The translations under genes were made by a program, and so were the position numbers. From the human T2T-CHM13v2.0 reference genome, Homo sapiens: a stretch of DNA of 64,000 bases. Shown here in pieces: positions 28,029 to 42,662 of the stretch; positions within the stretch are counted from its first letter, which is position 1, and the number at the start of each line of letters is the position of its first letter. The notes beneath the pieces were generated by a model. That model saw only the letters and a program-made list of their open reading frames with translations. It was not told the origin of the DNA and made no database searches. The stretch lies in the NCBI RefSeq assembly GCF_009914755.1, contig NC_060928.1; one strand, 5' to 3'.

Positions 28029-30619
28029 TGATATAGTTTGGCTATGTCCCTACCCAAATCTCATCTTGAACTGTAGTGCCTATAATGCCCATGTGTTGTT
28101 GGAGAGACCCAGTGGGAGGTAATTGAATCATGGGGGCATTTACCTCCATGCTGTTCTTTTGCTAATGAGTGAGTTCTCATGAGATCTGATAATTTTATAA
28201 GGGGTTTTCCCATCCGCCTTTACTCTGCACTTCTCCTTGCTGCTGCCATGTGAAGAAGAACATGTTTGCTTCCCCTTTGCCATGATTGTAAGTTTCCTGA
28301 AATCTCCCAAGCCCTGTAATTGACTGTAAGTCAATTAAATATTTTTCCTTTGTAAATTACCCAGTCTTGGGTATTTCTTCATAGAAGCATGAGAATGGAA
28401 TTAATACAGTAACTTGGTACCAGGAGTGGGGTGCTGCTATAAAGATACCTGAAAATGTAAAAGCAACTCTGGAACTGGGTAACAGGCAGAGGCTGGAACA
28501 TTTTGGAGGGCTCAGAAGACAGGAAGATGTGGGAAAGTTTGGAACTTCCTAGAAACTTGTTGAATGGCTTTAACCAAAATGCTGATAGTGATATGGACAA
28601 TAAAGTCTGGGCTGAGGTCATCTCAGACGGAGATGAGGAAAGTTTTGGGAGCTGGAGCACAGGTGACTCTGGTTATACTTTAGCAAAGAGACTGGCAGAC
28701 TGGCATGTTTTGCCCCTGCCTTAGAGTTCTGTGGAACTTTGAACTTAAGAGAGATGATTTAGTGTATCTGGTGGAAGAAATTTCTGAGCAGCAAAGTGTT
28801 CAAGAACATAAAAGTTTGGAAAATTTGCAGCCTGACAATACAATAGAAGGAAAAAAACCATTTTCTGGGGATAAATTCAAGCCTACTGCAGAAATTTGCA
28901 TAAGTAACAAGGAGCTGAATGTTTATCACCAAGACAATGGGGAAAATGTCTCCAGGGCATGTCAGAGTCCTTCCTGGCAGCCCCTCCCATCACAGGCCTA
29001 GAGATCTAGGAGGAGAAAATGATTTCATGTGGTGGGCCCAGGGCTCCTCTGTGGTGTGCAACCTAGGGACTTGGTGCCTTGTGTCCAGCCTCTCCAACTG
29101 TGGCTAAAAAGGATCAAGGTAGATCTCAGGCTGTGGCTTCAGAGGGTGCAAGCCCCAGTCCTTGGCAGCTTCCATGTGGTGTTGGGCCTGTGGGTATGCA
29201 GAAGTCAAGAGTTGAGATTTGGGAACCTCTGCCTCGATTTCAGAGGATGTATGGAAATGCCTGGATGTCCAGGCTGGAGTTTGCTGCAGGGGTGTTTGCT
29301 GCAGGGGTGGAGCCCTCTGCTAGGGCAGTGTGGAGGGGAAATGTGAGTTTGGAGCCCCCACACAAAGTCCCCATTGGGGCACTGCCTTGTGGAGCTGTGA
29401 GGAGAGGTCCACCATCCTCCAGAAGTCAGAATGGTAGATCCACTGACAGCTTGCACCTGGAAAAGGCACAGGCACTCAAAAACAGCCTGTGAAAGCAGCC
29501 AGGATGGGGGCTGTACCCTACAAAGCCACAGAGGCAGAGCTGCCCAAGGCTGTGGGAACCCATCTCTTGCATCAGCATGACCTGGATGTGAGACATGGAG
29601 TCAACGGAGATTATTTTAAAGCTTTAAGATTTAATTACTGCCTTGTTGGATTTTGGACTTGCATGGGGTCTGTAGTCCCTTTGTTTTGGCCAATGTCTCC
29701 CATTTGGAATGGGTGTATTTACCCAATGCCTGTACCCCCATTGTATCTAGGAAGTAACTAACTTGCTTTTAATTTTACAGGCTCATAGGTGGAAGGGACT
29801 TGCCTTGTCTCAGATGAGACTTTGGACTAAGACTCTTGAGTTAATGCTGGAATGAGTTCAAACTTTCAGGGACTGTTGGAAAGGCATGATTGTGTTTTGA
29901 AATGTGAGGACATAAGATTTGGGAGGGCCAGGTATAGAATAATATGGTCTGGCTGTGTCCCCACCCAAATCTCATCCTGAACTGTAGTTCACACAATCCC
30001 CATGTGTCATGGGAAGGACACAGTGGGAGGTAATTGAATCATGGGGATGGTTACCCCTATGCTGTTCTCGTGTTTAGTGAGTTCTTATGAGATCTGATGG
30101 TTTTATTTTTTATTTTATTTTATTATCTTTTTTTGAGACAGAGTTTTGCTCTTGTTGCACAGGCTGGAGTGCAATGGTGTGATCTCATCTCACTGCAACC
30201 TCTGCTCCTGGGCTCAAGCGGTTCTCCTGCCTCAGCCTCCCAAGTAGCTGGGATTACAGGTGTGTGCCACCACACCTGGCTAATTTTGTATTTTTAGTAG
30301 AGACAGCGTTTCACCATTTTGGCCAGGGTGTTCTCCAACTCCTGACCCCAGCCTCCCAAAGTGCTGGGATTACAGGCATGAGCCACCAAGCCTGGCCGAG
30401 ATCTGATGATTTTATTAGGGCTTCCCCCCTACTTTGCTCTGTACTTCTCCTTGTTGCCACCCTGTGGAGCTGCCACCATGCTTCCCCTTACACCATGATT
30501 ATAAGTTTCCTGAAGCTTCCCCAGGCCTGCACAACTGTAAGTCAATTAAAGCTCTTTCCTTTATAAATTACCCAGTCTTGGGTATTTCTTCATAGCAGTG
30601 TGAGAGCAGAACTAATACA
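28029..30619 (+). mobile_element. Full-length THE1 (ERVL-MaLR) provirus: LTR 28029-28408, internal 28409-29939, LTR 29940-30619 (antisense Alu at ~30103-30398)
   Basis: Two homologous LTRs ending taataca; THE1-int sequence (ggtaacaggcagagg...ggagggctcagaagac); TSD ctgaa/ctgag. Confidence 0.9.
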
Positions 30620-31289
30620 CTGAGTGAATTTCATTTTGGCTTTAATAAACAAAGAATGTTAGTATGTTTTGGGCTATGCCGTCAAATTTCATTTTGAAAA
30701 TGGAGGTCTGATATTACCATGAAACAAAGTTGTCCTACCTTATTTCAGTGATGTAAGGGGTGTTACCTTTTATCTTCCATGTATTCTTTTCTTTTGTTGA
30801 TATGTTATATTACTGGGCAAGCATCTTCTCCTTCCATGGAGGTCGGCACATGCCCCCACACTGGCTGGTTAGAGAACTTCTTTTGACTCAAGGGTGGACA
30901 CATTATCTAAGAGCGTCAAGCAGAGACCTTCTGAAAGAGCAATAAGGACGCAAAGAGATAGGTTCTTAGATTGCAAATAGTAAGAACTATGCAGATCCAG
31001 AGATCATGGGAGTCATCTTTGCTGCCACAAGGAAAGTACCTTCTGAGAATGAAGACAGCACAGAGGAAAGTGGAGAAAAAAGAGAGAGATCCATCCTGTT
31101 GATATAGCTTGATACCCTTCATTCATCAATGCTTGAGGCCAGAAAACCCTTTGACTTTCCAGATATAATAGTTAATCCAATCTTTTCCACATACTTCAGC
31201 TAGAGCAAACTGGGTTTGCAATTAGTTAATTCAATTTACAGCTATAGTGAGTTGCAAATGAAATAGTCCTAAAATGAAGAGTTTTATAA

Positions 31290-31729
<440 letters not shown>

Positions 31730-34725
31730 TCCTTCTGCTTCTATTTATAGTCTCTAATGCAAACCCTGAGGCTCTGCGAAGCAAACATTAAAACACAGCC
31801 TTAGAGCAAGAAATATGTTACTTTAAGAGATTCTTCTCCTCTCTATTGTAGGACCTAATTTTAATGATTTAAATATAAAATATTCACAACAGACTTTGTT
31901 GAATGCTTATTGAATCTAATGTCTATTAGGCTAAATTAAATATTAACTTAATTAAACTGGACACTAGCTGAGATAGGCAATTGTGCACAGAAGCCTTTGG
32001 AAGTTTCCCACCTGCTGCTACACTCATGTCTGAGGCAGAGAAGCCACTGTTGGGTGCTGCCCAGACAATAGAGGCCTCAGAAGTGCATGGGTTCTTCCAG
32101 GAGCTGTATAGCACACTTTCTTTGGTGAGTGCCAGGAAAGACAGCCAGGGAGAGTATTGCAAACTTACAGGAACTGGAGGAAGACTTTCCAGAAGTCCTC
32201 CTTCCCAATTTATGAGTGAGATAGAGAAAAACAGAGCATTTGAGGCTGTCAATATCTCTTATTGCTAATTTAAACCCGATTCTACTCCCTATAGCCCAAA
32301 AGAAATCCCCATATTCAATGCTAACACACACATTTGTTTAATGTTGCAGAGTGGTTAATTCTGGCATAGAACACACCACTCTCAAATCTGAACATAAAAG
32401 GGAAAATTAACTCTAACAGAATTATGAAGGGATTTATAGATACTGGTAGTTAGAGATTCCGCAATGCTGCAGTCCCTCTTTTAGGGGGAGGCGAGCAGGT
32501 GAAAATTCCAGCAGTGCATTTCTTCCGTGAACATACACCGCTGTTTGGAGGCGATACTGTTTCACAGAAACACTGCTCTTAGAATTCAGGAGCTTGCGTA
32601 AACCATGTCAGCCTTCAATAAAACAATCTAGGAAGTAACCCATTTTCTCATTGTCTCTGCGAAAGAGAATCAGTCCGTATTTAAAAAGCATTTTGGTTGT
32701 TTCTTTGACCTTGTTTTCTCTGGGTTGTCTTTCCTTCTATTTATAGTGTGGCTCTAGCGCATGTCTGGCTCGGGTTACCTATGCTCAGTTCATCTGGGTT
32801 TGCTATTTTTAAACACTGTGTGGAGGTAGTTTGGGATCAAAGTCATGTATCTGGGCAGCACAAGTCGCTGAATTAACAAAGGCATAATCATCACTGAGGT
32901 GACATCCAAATTAGACTTTTTTTTTTTTTTAAGTGTAGCATTTCCAAGTAGATCTGTGAATTCTTAACAGATTTACTTTGGAACAAGAAGCATTTTCTTT
33001 CCTAGTACTGATATTATTTCCTTCTAAAGTGGCCTTATCATGTAATTGGTTACATCATTAAAGGAAAATTCAGTTTTCCTAAAAACTGAAATTTTTAGGA
33101 AAGTTTTAAGTTTATGAAAACTTAGGTTTTCATAAAACCTAAGTCTTAGGCCAGAAGTTCAACTTCTACTAACAAAGTAAAACAATGTCCTCTTAGCAGC
33201 TTTTCTCTGTAATGGGAAATTGCAAAGCATTGCTACATGGTTACATGTTTAAATTTCTTTCTCTACACTTTCTGATAAATTCCAATTCTGAGGATCTTGT
33301 TCTGCTATTGTCACATTATATTTATGGATGAAATTAAGAGAGTGGATCTGCTGGCAGCAGTTCAAAATATTTCACAGATAAATCTGTTCTGTAGCCCATC
33401 TTTCTTAATGCAAGCTTGAGGGATATTCATTCATTCATTTAATCAGTGCTCACTGAAGCAGAGCCTTTCCCAACAACCTGCTATCTGGGCAGGAATGAAT
33501 GTTGTTTTTCCACGTTGGGTGCCTTGCCTATCTGTATGGTGGCTTGTCTGGGGCAACCTCAGATTGTCTGCTGGTGTGGTCTTGGGGCAGGATCTGTTAT
33601 CTGCAGACCTTTCTCTAGTCTTGGACTAGCTGTCCCTAGCCTCTTGAGGTATGGGGCCAGGTCAGGGGCATAACTGGTGAGTTAGGCTGGCTCCTGAGGC
33701 TGGCTACTGCTGTTCCTCAAGAGGAGTGGTGGGTAGGGTGGGATGCAGCCCCGGGCTGGTGCATGCACATGTCTCAGATTGGCAGATGGCTGGTAAAGGT
33801 GGATGACATTTCGAGAGCACTGACTTCAAATAAGGAAACTTTTTGTTAGTTTTTGCTTATCCCCCACGATTGGGCTTTTTATTATATTAAAGCTAGTAGA
33901 TTCATGTAATTTTCTGGAAGAGAAAGGAACTTCATCTACTTGCTGCTTTAGCAGGTGGATGTGTTTAGGCCACAAAGCTGGGCATGCCGTGAAGTGCCAG
34001 GTATGCCTCTATTCCCCCTTCCAGTTGCAAAATTAGGTGTAATGGCCATTGTTTACTCTGCGTACCAGGAACTCTCATCTTGCAAGGTAGGGATCGTTAT
34101 TCCCATTTTCAAATGAGGAGAATTGAGTTCCACAGAGCCTGAGCGTTTTGCCCAGCCAAGGTTTGCCTAAGTAGTGGGAGATGGAGCCACTTAAGTGATT
34201 TCTCTTATAAATATTTCACTGCTATGGCTCTCAAATTTGCTACCAGGCCTATCATTTTCCTTCCTTAATTCTAGCAGTCAGCCACAGAGTTCTCCTTGCT
34301 CCTCCTATTCTATTGACCTGGTACCTCCTTAGGTTTTCCTGTCTCATTTTCTCTCCACCAACTTGGCTTCTTTGTCCTCTCTCCTGCCATCTATATATAA
34401 TTGGATTTTTTTCTTTAAAATAGCTCTCTAATTTCATTCTTCCCTGTCATCCCTATTCAGGTAACATTCAGATCTTTTCATCTCTTGCTAGATCATAACA
34501 GTCTTAGAACTAATATTCCTAAGCCTGAAGCCGCAGTTACATTCAGCTTCCTAACTCACCCCTTTCACCATGTTACTTTTCCTTATTAGATACCAAGTGA
34601 AATCTAATTCCTTAGCTTGCAATTCTAGGCTCTCTACAAATGTATTTCCAAATCATTGATATTCCTATTTATCCCATGTCCTCTAGGTAGATGTGTATAC
34701 TTGATATTTCTAAAACATCTTATGA

Positions 34726-35034
34726 GGCCTGGTGCCGTGGCTCATGCCTGTGATCCTAGCACTTTGGGAGGCCGGAGCGGGTGGATCACATGAGGTCAGG
34801 AGTTTGAGACCAGCCTGGCCAACATGGTAAAACTCCGACTCTACCAGAAATACAAAAATTAGCTGGGCATGGTGGTGTGCACGTGTAGTTCCAGCTACTC
34901 AGGAGGTTGAGGCAGGAGAATGGTTTGAACCTGGGAGGCGGAGGTTGTAGTGAGCTGAGATTGTACCGTTGTACTGCAGCCTGGGTGACAGAGCAAGACT
35001 CTGTCTCAAAAATAAATAAATAAATAAATAAAAA
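34726..35034 (+). mobile_element. Alu (S-like)
   Basis: Dimer, (AAAT)n tail, TSD aaaac(a/g)tcttatg. Confidence 0.9.
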
Positions 35035-35771
35035 ACGTCTTATGGCTGAGACTATTTACTCTCTCCAAATTCATTCTCTTCCTCTGTCTTAGTAACAGAA
35101 CCCTACATTTATTCAAGATATTAGCATACCCAACTAGAAACTGTATTTTTCAGGCTCTGTTGCAACCAGGTATAGGAATGGGACTTAGTTCTTGTCAAAA
35201 GGACTTGAATCCAAGTCTTAAGTAGGACTTTTGGGAAGTATCTATAAAAAATATTTTTTCTTTTTAGCTGTCTGGTTTGGAAATGTGATGGTTGGAGCTC
35301 TAGTAGCCATCTTGGGCCTTCAGAATAGAGACCACACTCTAGGTTAGAGATCTGGAAGATGTCTTGATCCTCAGTGATTTTGTGGATTTGTATTATCAGC
35401 TTTGGCTTCAAAATTATTTGAGCCATCATTTGAACCTCATCCCGAATGATACACATGCTTCATGGAGGAGGTAGCATTGAGATGGTCCTTGAAGGAAGAA
35501 TAGGATTTAGATGGTCAGGAAGAGTAGGGAAACATCATAGGCAAGGGGATAAAATAAAAATAAAAAACTATTAAATTTACAGAGTAGTTTACAGCTTATA
35601 GAGTGAATTCACATCCACTATTTTATTTGTTCCTCATAATAACTGGGTATGTTATATGCAAATATTATCTTCATTTTACAGATTAGAACTGTGGAGTCCA
35701 AAGATGGACAAACGATTAAATGGAAAGGACATTGGATTTGTAGTCAGAAAGTCTGGGTTTGAGTTTTTTAT

Positions 35772-36251
35772 TGTGATGGGCAAACTTTAAGGTGGCCCCC
35801 ATGATTCCTCTCCTGGTGTTTATGTTTTTATATAATCCTCTTCTCTTGCTTGTAGGCAGACCTGTGAATTACTTCTAATCAGTAGACTATAGCAAAGGTG
35901 AAGAGATGCTGCCCTTAAAATTTCATTATATTATATATCACTCCAGAGCCTCTTGCTCCCTCACCCCCTCTACCATCTCCGTTACTGATTTTGAAGAAGA
36001 AAGCTGTCATGAATCTTATAACTGCAAGGAACTTAATGTTGCCAAGAACCATTTGAGTGGGAAAATGGATTCTTCTCCAGGCAAGCCTTCAGATGAGAAC
36101 TTAGCCCAGGCCAACACCTTGACTACAGCGTTGTGAGACTCTGAAGCAGAGAACCCAGCTAAACCGTGTCCAGACTCCTGGCTCAGACTGTGTGTTATTT
36201 TAAGTTACTTAGTTCATGGTAATTTGCTATGCAGAAATAGATAGCTAATAG
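35772..36251 (+). mobile_element. MLT1 (E/F-like) LTR
   Basis: tgtgatgggcaaactttaaggtggccccc...gcccaggccaacaccttgactacagc...gatagctaataga. Confidence 0.7.
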
Positions 36252-36296
36252 ACTATCTACTAGTTGTGCGGCCTTGAGTTAATAGCATAACTGCTT

Positions 36297-36725
36297 TGTC
36301 ATGGCAGAGGTGATTAACTGTTCACCATAAAGTTATGCTTCCTCTTCCACAGAACAGCTTTATCACTGGGAAGCAGCCACCCAGCGATAGCCTACATTTC
36401 GCAATACCCCTCACATCTGGGTGGAGGCATTGACTGTTCTCACCAGTGAGATGTAAGTGAAAGTCATTTGGGTCACTTCCAGCATGAGGTTGTTAAAAAG
36501 TAGGTGTGCTTTCTCCAACCTCTCTGCCTGTCTGCCAGCTTGAGGCAGGAGACTCCAAGGCTGTAGGATCTGGTGGGGCCACAAGACAGAAGGAGCCAGG
36601 GCTCAATTACTTCGTGGAGGAAAACTGCACCCTGACCAGGAACACCCTCAGTACACAGTTACATGAGCAGGAAATAACCCTATTGTGTTAAGTGCTGACT
36701 GTTTTGTTTATTGTAGCAATTACTG
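36297..36725 (+). mobile_element. MLT1 (J-like) LTR
   Basis: ggggccacaagacagaaggagcc..., acatgagcaggaaataaccctattgtgttaag motifs. Confidence 0.6.
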
Positions 36726-38122
36726 TTTCCCTTATGTAGCATTAATTTTCTTATCTATCAAATGGGGATAAAGTTGTGACATAAATGAAACAATCTGTTT
36801 AAAACACATATCAAATTGTAAACTATTATCCTAATATGAGGTGTTAATAGTGTCTTCACAAAACCCCTGTGATGTAACTAGAGAAGTAATTATTCCTTCA
36901 TTTTATAGGTGATAAAACTATATGAAATGGCTATGTGGCTGGTTTGAGGTCTCTAAATTAGTGACAGGGGTAGGACTATCTCTCTTGATTCCCTACCTAA
37001 TATTCTTCCACATTTCCATGACATCACACAAGGGTTCAGGGGAGTGGAAGGTGTGCAGAGGAAGGGGGAGTTTCAGGAAGACACATTTCTTTAAACATGT
37101 GCAGATGAATACAGTGATTTCAAAGGTGTCCCTGTGGAGTTGAACCAAATGCCTCCTCTGCAGAGGCTGTATGTTTAGCTGTCAGTACATGGAAGAGAAG
37201 CATAGCTTCACCTTACATATGTTTTAGTTAAATTAGTAGATTAATGTATATTTACTTTGAGGTGATTGTTGAAATACCTTCCTTGTGTGTAATGGAATTT
37301 TCTCCTTTCGGCGATGCCAAAGACAGTTCATTTAGCTACATATGTTGTCAGTGAAATTTCCCACATGCTTCCATGAAACATTTGTCTTCTCCAGATGGCC
37401 TGTGTAAAGCCCAGTTGTTCTTCCAAATAAATTTATGGCTACAACAAATGTGTTATCTCTCTAGACTAGCTGAGAGTTCTTTTTTGGAAAAAGAAATAAA
37501 TGATTTCCTACAATTCAAAGAGGGATAGATTTTTCAGTGTAAAGTGGTGTGAAACTCTGTTCTAAGGCTGAAATTTGGTAGGATCTGAGTTTTAAAAATT
37601 AATAGATAGAGTGTGTTGCTTTCATTCCCCTCCACCCATAAAATCTGTGTGGTTTTAAGTTCCCTTCACACAAGAATCCCAAACACAAGAATTCCCCTGC
37701 AGATTGTTTCCATATTTCTAACCTCTTGCTTTGCAGCTTTTTTCCCCCAATAAAGCCTTACTTTTAAAATAAAAAATCCAAACACTTATTATTCAATATT
37801 TAATATATGAAAAAGAATACTTATAACACAGATATAAGTTAACAAGCATACTAATAAATTGGACACCTGTGGAACCACTGATCAACTCAAGAGCCAGAAT
37901 AATAACAATGGCATTGTATTCATCTGCTCAGTTCCTTGCTTCTGCTGTCATCCCCTTCCTGCTAGGAACCACTACTGCCCTTTACTTTTAAAAATTATTA
38001 TGAACTGATTGTAACTATTTATGAAAAGGTTTGAAAATCTTAGTGGGAGAATATGCAATGTGACTTCAGATTGGTATTAACAATAATCCTCAACCTTATA
38101 TTGAAGGCTTTCAAGTCTGTTT

Positions 38123-38365
<243 letters not shown>

Positions 38366-39787
38366 TTACGTTTTCAAGTCCTTGAAATTCACAATATCCC
38401 TGTGAGCTTATCAGTGCACATATTTTATTCTTTTTCAGATTGGAAATGGAGGCCCATACTGAACTGATTACTAATAGGTAGCAGAGAAGGCTAGAACCAG
38501 AAGCTTTAGACCTTAAGTCCTGTGATCTTTGCAGTAAACAACATTGCTGATGAGTAAGTAGTTATCAAGTAGATTTCAAAGGATAAATCATTGTTTCTCA
38601 CCTCACAGAAATATCACTGCAGGCAGCAGCAGCAGACAAATAGTAGTTTGTATCATTAGCAGACCCAGCAACACAGGACCAGCTATTGTATCTTATTTTT
38701 CCTTGTATTCCCAGCCCACGGCATGGTGTCTGACACATAGTAGGTCCATGTTAGGAGCTTGGGCTCTGGCCTTAAATACCATTAGGCTGAAAACTGGCTT
38801 TCCATTTAGTAGCTTCATGACTTTGCGCCAGTAAACTGGCCTCTGTAAGTCCCACTTACTCATTTATGAAATGAGCATAAACATGGCAGAAGGACAAGAA
38901 GCCCTTCTATCCTAGCCCACTTGCCAATATGGTGCAGCTGAAGAAGGGCATAAGTGGTAGTGTGGCAGGTGTAGCCAGCATGTCCCCCTGCCCATCCACC
39001 CACCTGCACATGAAGCTGCACAGAAGAGTTCCCCACAGGGGCATAAAATTGACCGGGACCCTGACTAGAGAACTTGGGGTGGGTGTGCCTTGCAGTCAGA
39101 ATGAGGAGGACCCAGGCTGTCTCGTTAGGGCTTGGTGACTGAAGCAAAAGGGGACAGGGATAAGATATGTCTGCATGCAGTGGCAACTGAGTCTTGGTAA
39201 TCAAAGAAAGAGGGGATGAATTGTGTCAGCAACAAAACCAGCATGAGAGGAGATGGATCAAGGAGGGCTGGCCTATGATTCCGACAGACCCCAGGACAGT
39301 AGAAGCAACAGCTTAGCTGGGAGACAGGTACTTAGAATGACAAGGGATTCCGTGTGTTGTGTATTATTCTGGATTACGTTCAAGGTGCTGTGGCTATGGG
39401 AATATGACAGAGGGAGTAAGCAGCCCCAAAGAGAGGATGATGTGTGCTGGGTTTTAAAGAAGCTCATGCTGTAGGAAAGAGGGAGGAAATCATTCAGAGG
39501 AGAGGGAACATGCTCAGAGTCCCAGAGAGGTCAAGAGCATGAAACATATGGCAGACAGTGAGAAGCCCAGATGTCCAGAAGGTCAGATACAAGTGAGAGA
39601 AAGGCAGGACAAGAGGCAGGACAGGGATGTGGAGGCCAGCCTGCAGAGAGCCTTGTATGACATGTTAATTTCCCCCAACTCTAGGTATTTCTATGAAGGT
39701 TTCCAGAGTTCTCTTTATGAAAGACAAATATGATCATGTCATTTAGCTAAAAGTCTTGTATTGACTTCCCTTAGAACAGGGATTCTT

Positions 39788-40231
39788 GGCCGAGTGCAGA
39801 GGCTCAGGCTCAGAAAAAATATTTTTCAATGCATAACATAAAATAGATAAGATCACAAAGGAAACCAAATATATTGAAATACATTGGGTGGCCATGAAGG
39901 ATAGATTGCTTGAGCCCAGGAGTTCCAGACCAGCCTGGGCAACATAGGGAGACCTCATCTCTACAAAATAAAAAATTACCAGCCTGGGAAACATGGTGAA
40001 ACCCTGTCTCTACAAAAACAAAAACAAAAACAAAAACACCCAAAAACCAGAAAGTAACCAGGCATGGTGGCAGGTGCTTGTAGTCCCAGCTACTCTGGAG
40101 GCTGAGATGGGAGGATCCCTTGGGCTTGGAAGATAGAGGCTGCAGTGAGCCTGAGCTGTGACAGTGCCACTGCACTCCAATCAGGGCAACAGAATGAGGG
40201 CTTGTCTCAAAAAAAAAAAAAAAAAAAAAAA
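39788..40231 (+). mobile_element. Rearranged Alu carrying a templated Charlie4a insert and an internal duplication
   Basis: Alu 5' end (39788-39806), 76-nt non-Alu insert (39808-39883), Alu resumes at ttgggtggcc; A tail ends 40231. Confidence 0.8.
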
Positions 40232-40291
40232 GTAGAAATTCTTTTTTTAAAAAAATAGTTAATAACAATGTATTTTATTCCTTAAAGGGTT

Positions 40292-41468
40292 TTTAATATT
40301 TTCAATTTTTATTTTAGATATGGAGGCACATGGGCAGGTTTGTTACATGGATATATTGTGTGATGCTGAGGTTTGGGGTGCAAATGATCCCGTCATTCAT
40401 ACAGATAGTGAGCACAGTATCCAGTAGGTAGTTTTTAATACCCATCCCCTCCCCCCTACTTCCCCCATTCTTCCCCTGCCCAGTAGTCCCTGGTGTCTAT
40501 TGTTCTCATCTTTATGTCCACGAGTACCCCATGTATAGCTTCCACTTATAAGTGAGAACATGTGGTTTGTGTGTGTGTGTGTGTGTGTTTGTGTGTGTGT
40601 GTGGTTTTCTGAGACAGGGCCTCACTCTGCCACCCAGGCTGGAGAGTGCAGTGGTGCAATCATGGCTCACTGCAGCCTTGACCTCCCAGGTTCAAGCAAT
40701 CCTCCCACCTCAGCCTCCTGAGTAGCTAGGACTATAGGTGCACACAACCACGCCTGGCTACTTTGTGTGTGTGTGTGTGTGTTTTTTTGTAGAGACAGGG
40801 TTTTGTCATGGTATCCAGGCTGATCTTGAACTCCCGGCCTCAAATGATCTGCCCACTTCAGCCTCTCAAACTGCTGGGATTACAGGCGTGAGCCACCACT
40901 CCCTGCTGGTATTTGGTTTTCTGTTCTTGTGTCACTTAGGATAATGGCTCCAGCTGCATCTGTGTTGCTGCAAAGTATTCCATGGTGTACATGTACCACA
41001 TTTCCTTTATCCAATCCATCATTGATTGACACCTAGGTTGATTCCATGTCTCTGCTAATGTGAGTAGTGCTGCAATAAACATATGAGTGAGTGCCTGTGT
41101 CTTTTTTTGGTAGAATGATTTATTTTCTTTTGGGCACATACCCAGTAATGGGATTGCTGGGTTGAATGGTAGTTCTAAATTATTTGAAAATCTCCAAACT
41201 GCTTTCCACAGTGGCTGAACGAATTTATATTCTCACCAACAGAGTATGAGCATTCTTTATTCTTTGCAGCCTTGCCAGCATCTGTTATTATTTGACTTTT
41301 TAATAATAGCCATATTGACTGGTGTGAGAAACTATTTCACTGTGGTTTAGTGAGATGGTGATTAGTGATAATGAGAATTTTTTTTTTCGTATGATTGCTG
41401 GCTGCATGGATGTCTTCTTTTGAGAAGTGCCTGTTCATGTCCTTTGCTCCTTTTTTGTGGGGTTATTT
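40292..41468 (-). mobile_element. L1 (PB/old PA-like) 3' portion with nested antisense Alu (~40609-40908) and (TG)n
   Basis: gggcaggtttgttacatggatatattgtgtgatgctgagg...ccacttataagtgagaacatg...cccagtaatgggattgctggg. Confidence 0.85.
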
Positions 41469-41976
41469 GTAGAACAGGGATTGAAATACATTGGGAGGCC
41501 AAGGCGGGTGGATCACTTGAGCCCAGGAGTTCCAGACCACCCTGGGCAATGTAGGGAGACCTTGTCTCTACACAATAAAAAATTAGCAGCCTGAACAACA
41601 TAGTGAAACCTTTGTTGTGCCACGTGTTTGTAGACTAGTCCAGTAAAGCTCAGAGAAATATTTTTCCATGCGTGACATAAAATAAATAGAATCACTAAAG
41701 AAACCAATTATATTGAAATACAGTTATTTTAAAAGAGAAAATTTGTAACACGTGTGCTTCTTAGTAACATGTTAACCTCCATAGGTAGAAGAACTACTGT
41801 AATTTGAAAATAATGACGACTGTATATATTTTATGATATCTGCAGCAACTATGAAGTATTACAAAAAAAAACTACGATATTACTTGGTTGAGTAAGCAAC
41901 AGGTTCTGGCCAGTACTATAATACTTGGTTCATTGCCTAAATTCTTTGTTTTGGTTTTGTTTTTTAAAGTCTAGTC

Positions 41977-42261
41977 GGCTGGGCGTGGTGGCTCACGCCT
42001 GTAATCCCAGCACTTTTCGGGGCTGAAGTGGGCAGATCGTTTGAGGCCAGGAGTTTGAGACCAACCTGGCCAGTGTGGTGAAACCTGTCTCTACTAAAAA
42101 TACAAAAAATTAGCTGGGTGTGGTGGCTCACGCCTGTAATCCTAGCTACTCGGGAAGCTGAGGCAGGAGAACTGCTTGAACCTGGGAGGTGGAGGTTGCA
42201 GTGAGCCAAGATTGCCTGGGTGAGACAGCGAGACTCCATCTAAAAAAAGCAGAAAAAGAAA
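41977..42261 (+). mobile_element. Alu inserted into the 3' end of the Y3 pseudogene
   Basis: TSD taaag(t/g)ctagt(c/t) at 41965-41976 and 42262-42273. Confidence 0.9.
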
Positions 42262-42262
42262 T

Positions 42263-42345
42263 AAAGGCTAGTTAAGGGAAGCAGTGGGAGTGGAGAAGAA
42301 ACAAAGAAATCTGTGACTGGTTGTAATCAATTAGTTGTAAACACC
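42263..42345 (-). pseudogene. Y3 RNA (RNY3) retropseudogene, 5'-truncated
   Basis: Reverse complement GGTGTTTACAACTAATTGATTACAACCAGTCACAGATTTCTTTG...CTAGCCTTT matches recalled hY3 from ~nt 19 (about 5 differences in 83); degenerate tail at 41945-41965; TSD ttgcctaaattc at 41933-41944 and 42358-42369. Confidence 0.9.
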
Positions 42346-42365
42346 CCGTCCTGGCTGTTGCCTAA

Positions 42366-42662
<297 letters not shown>

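Noticed and set aside
28379-29761. Cluster of overlapping 60-137 aa ORFs
   Set aside because: Frameshifted remnants of the THE1 internal region.
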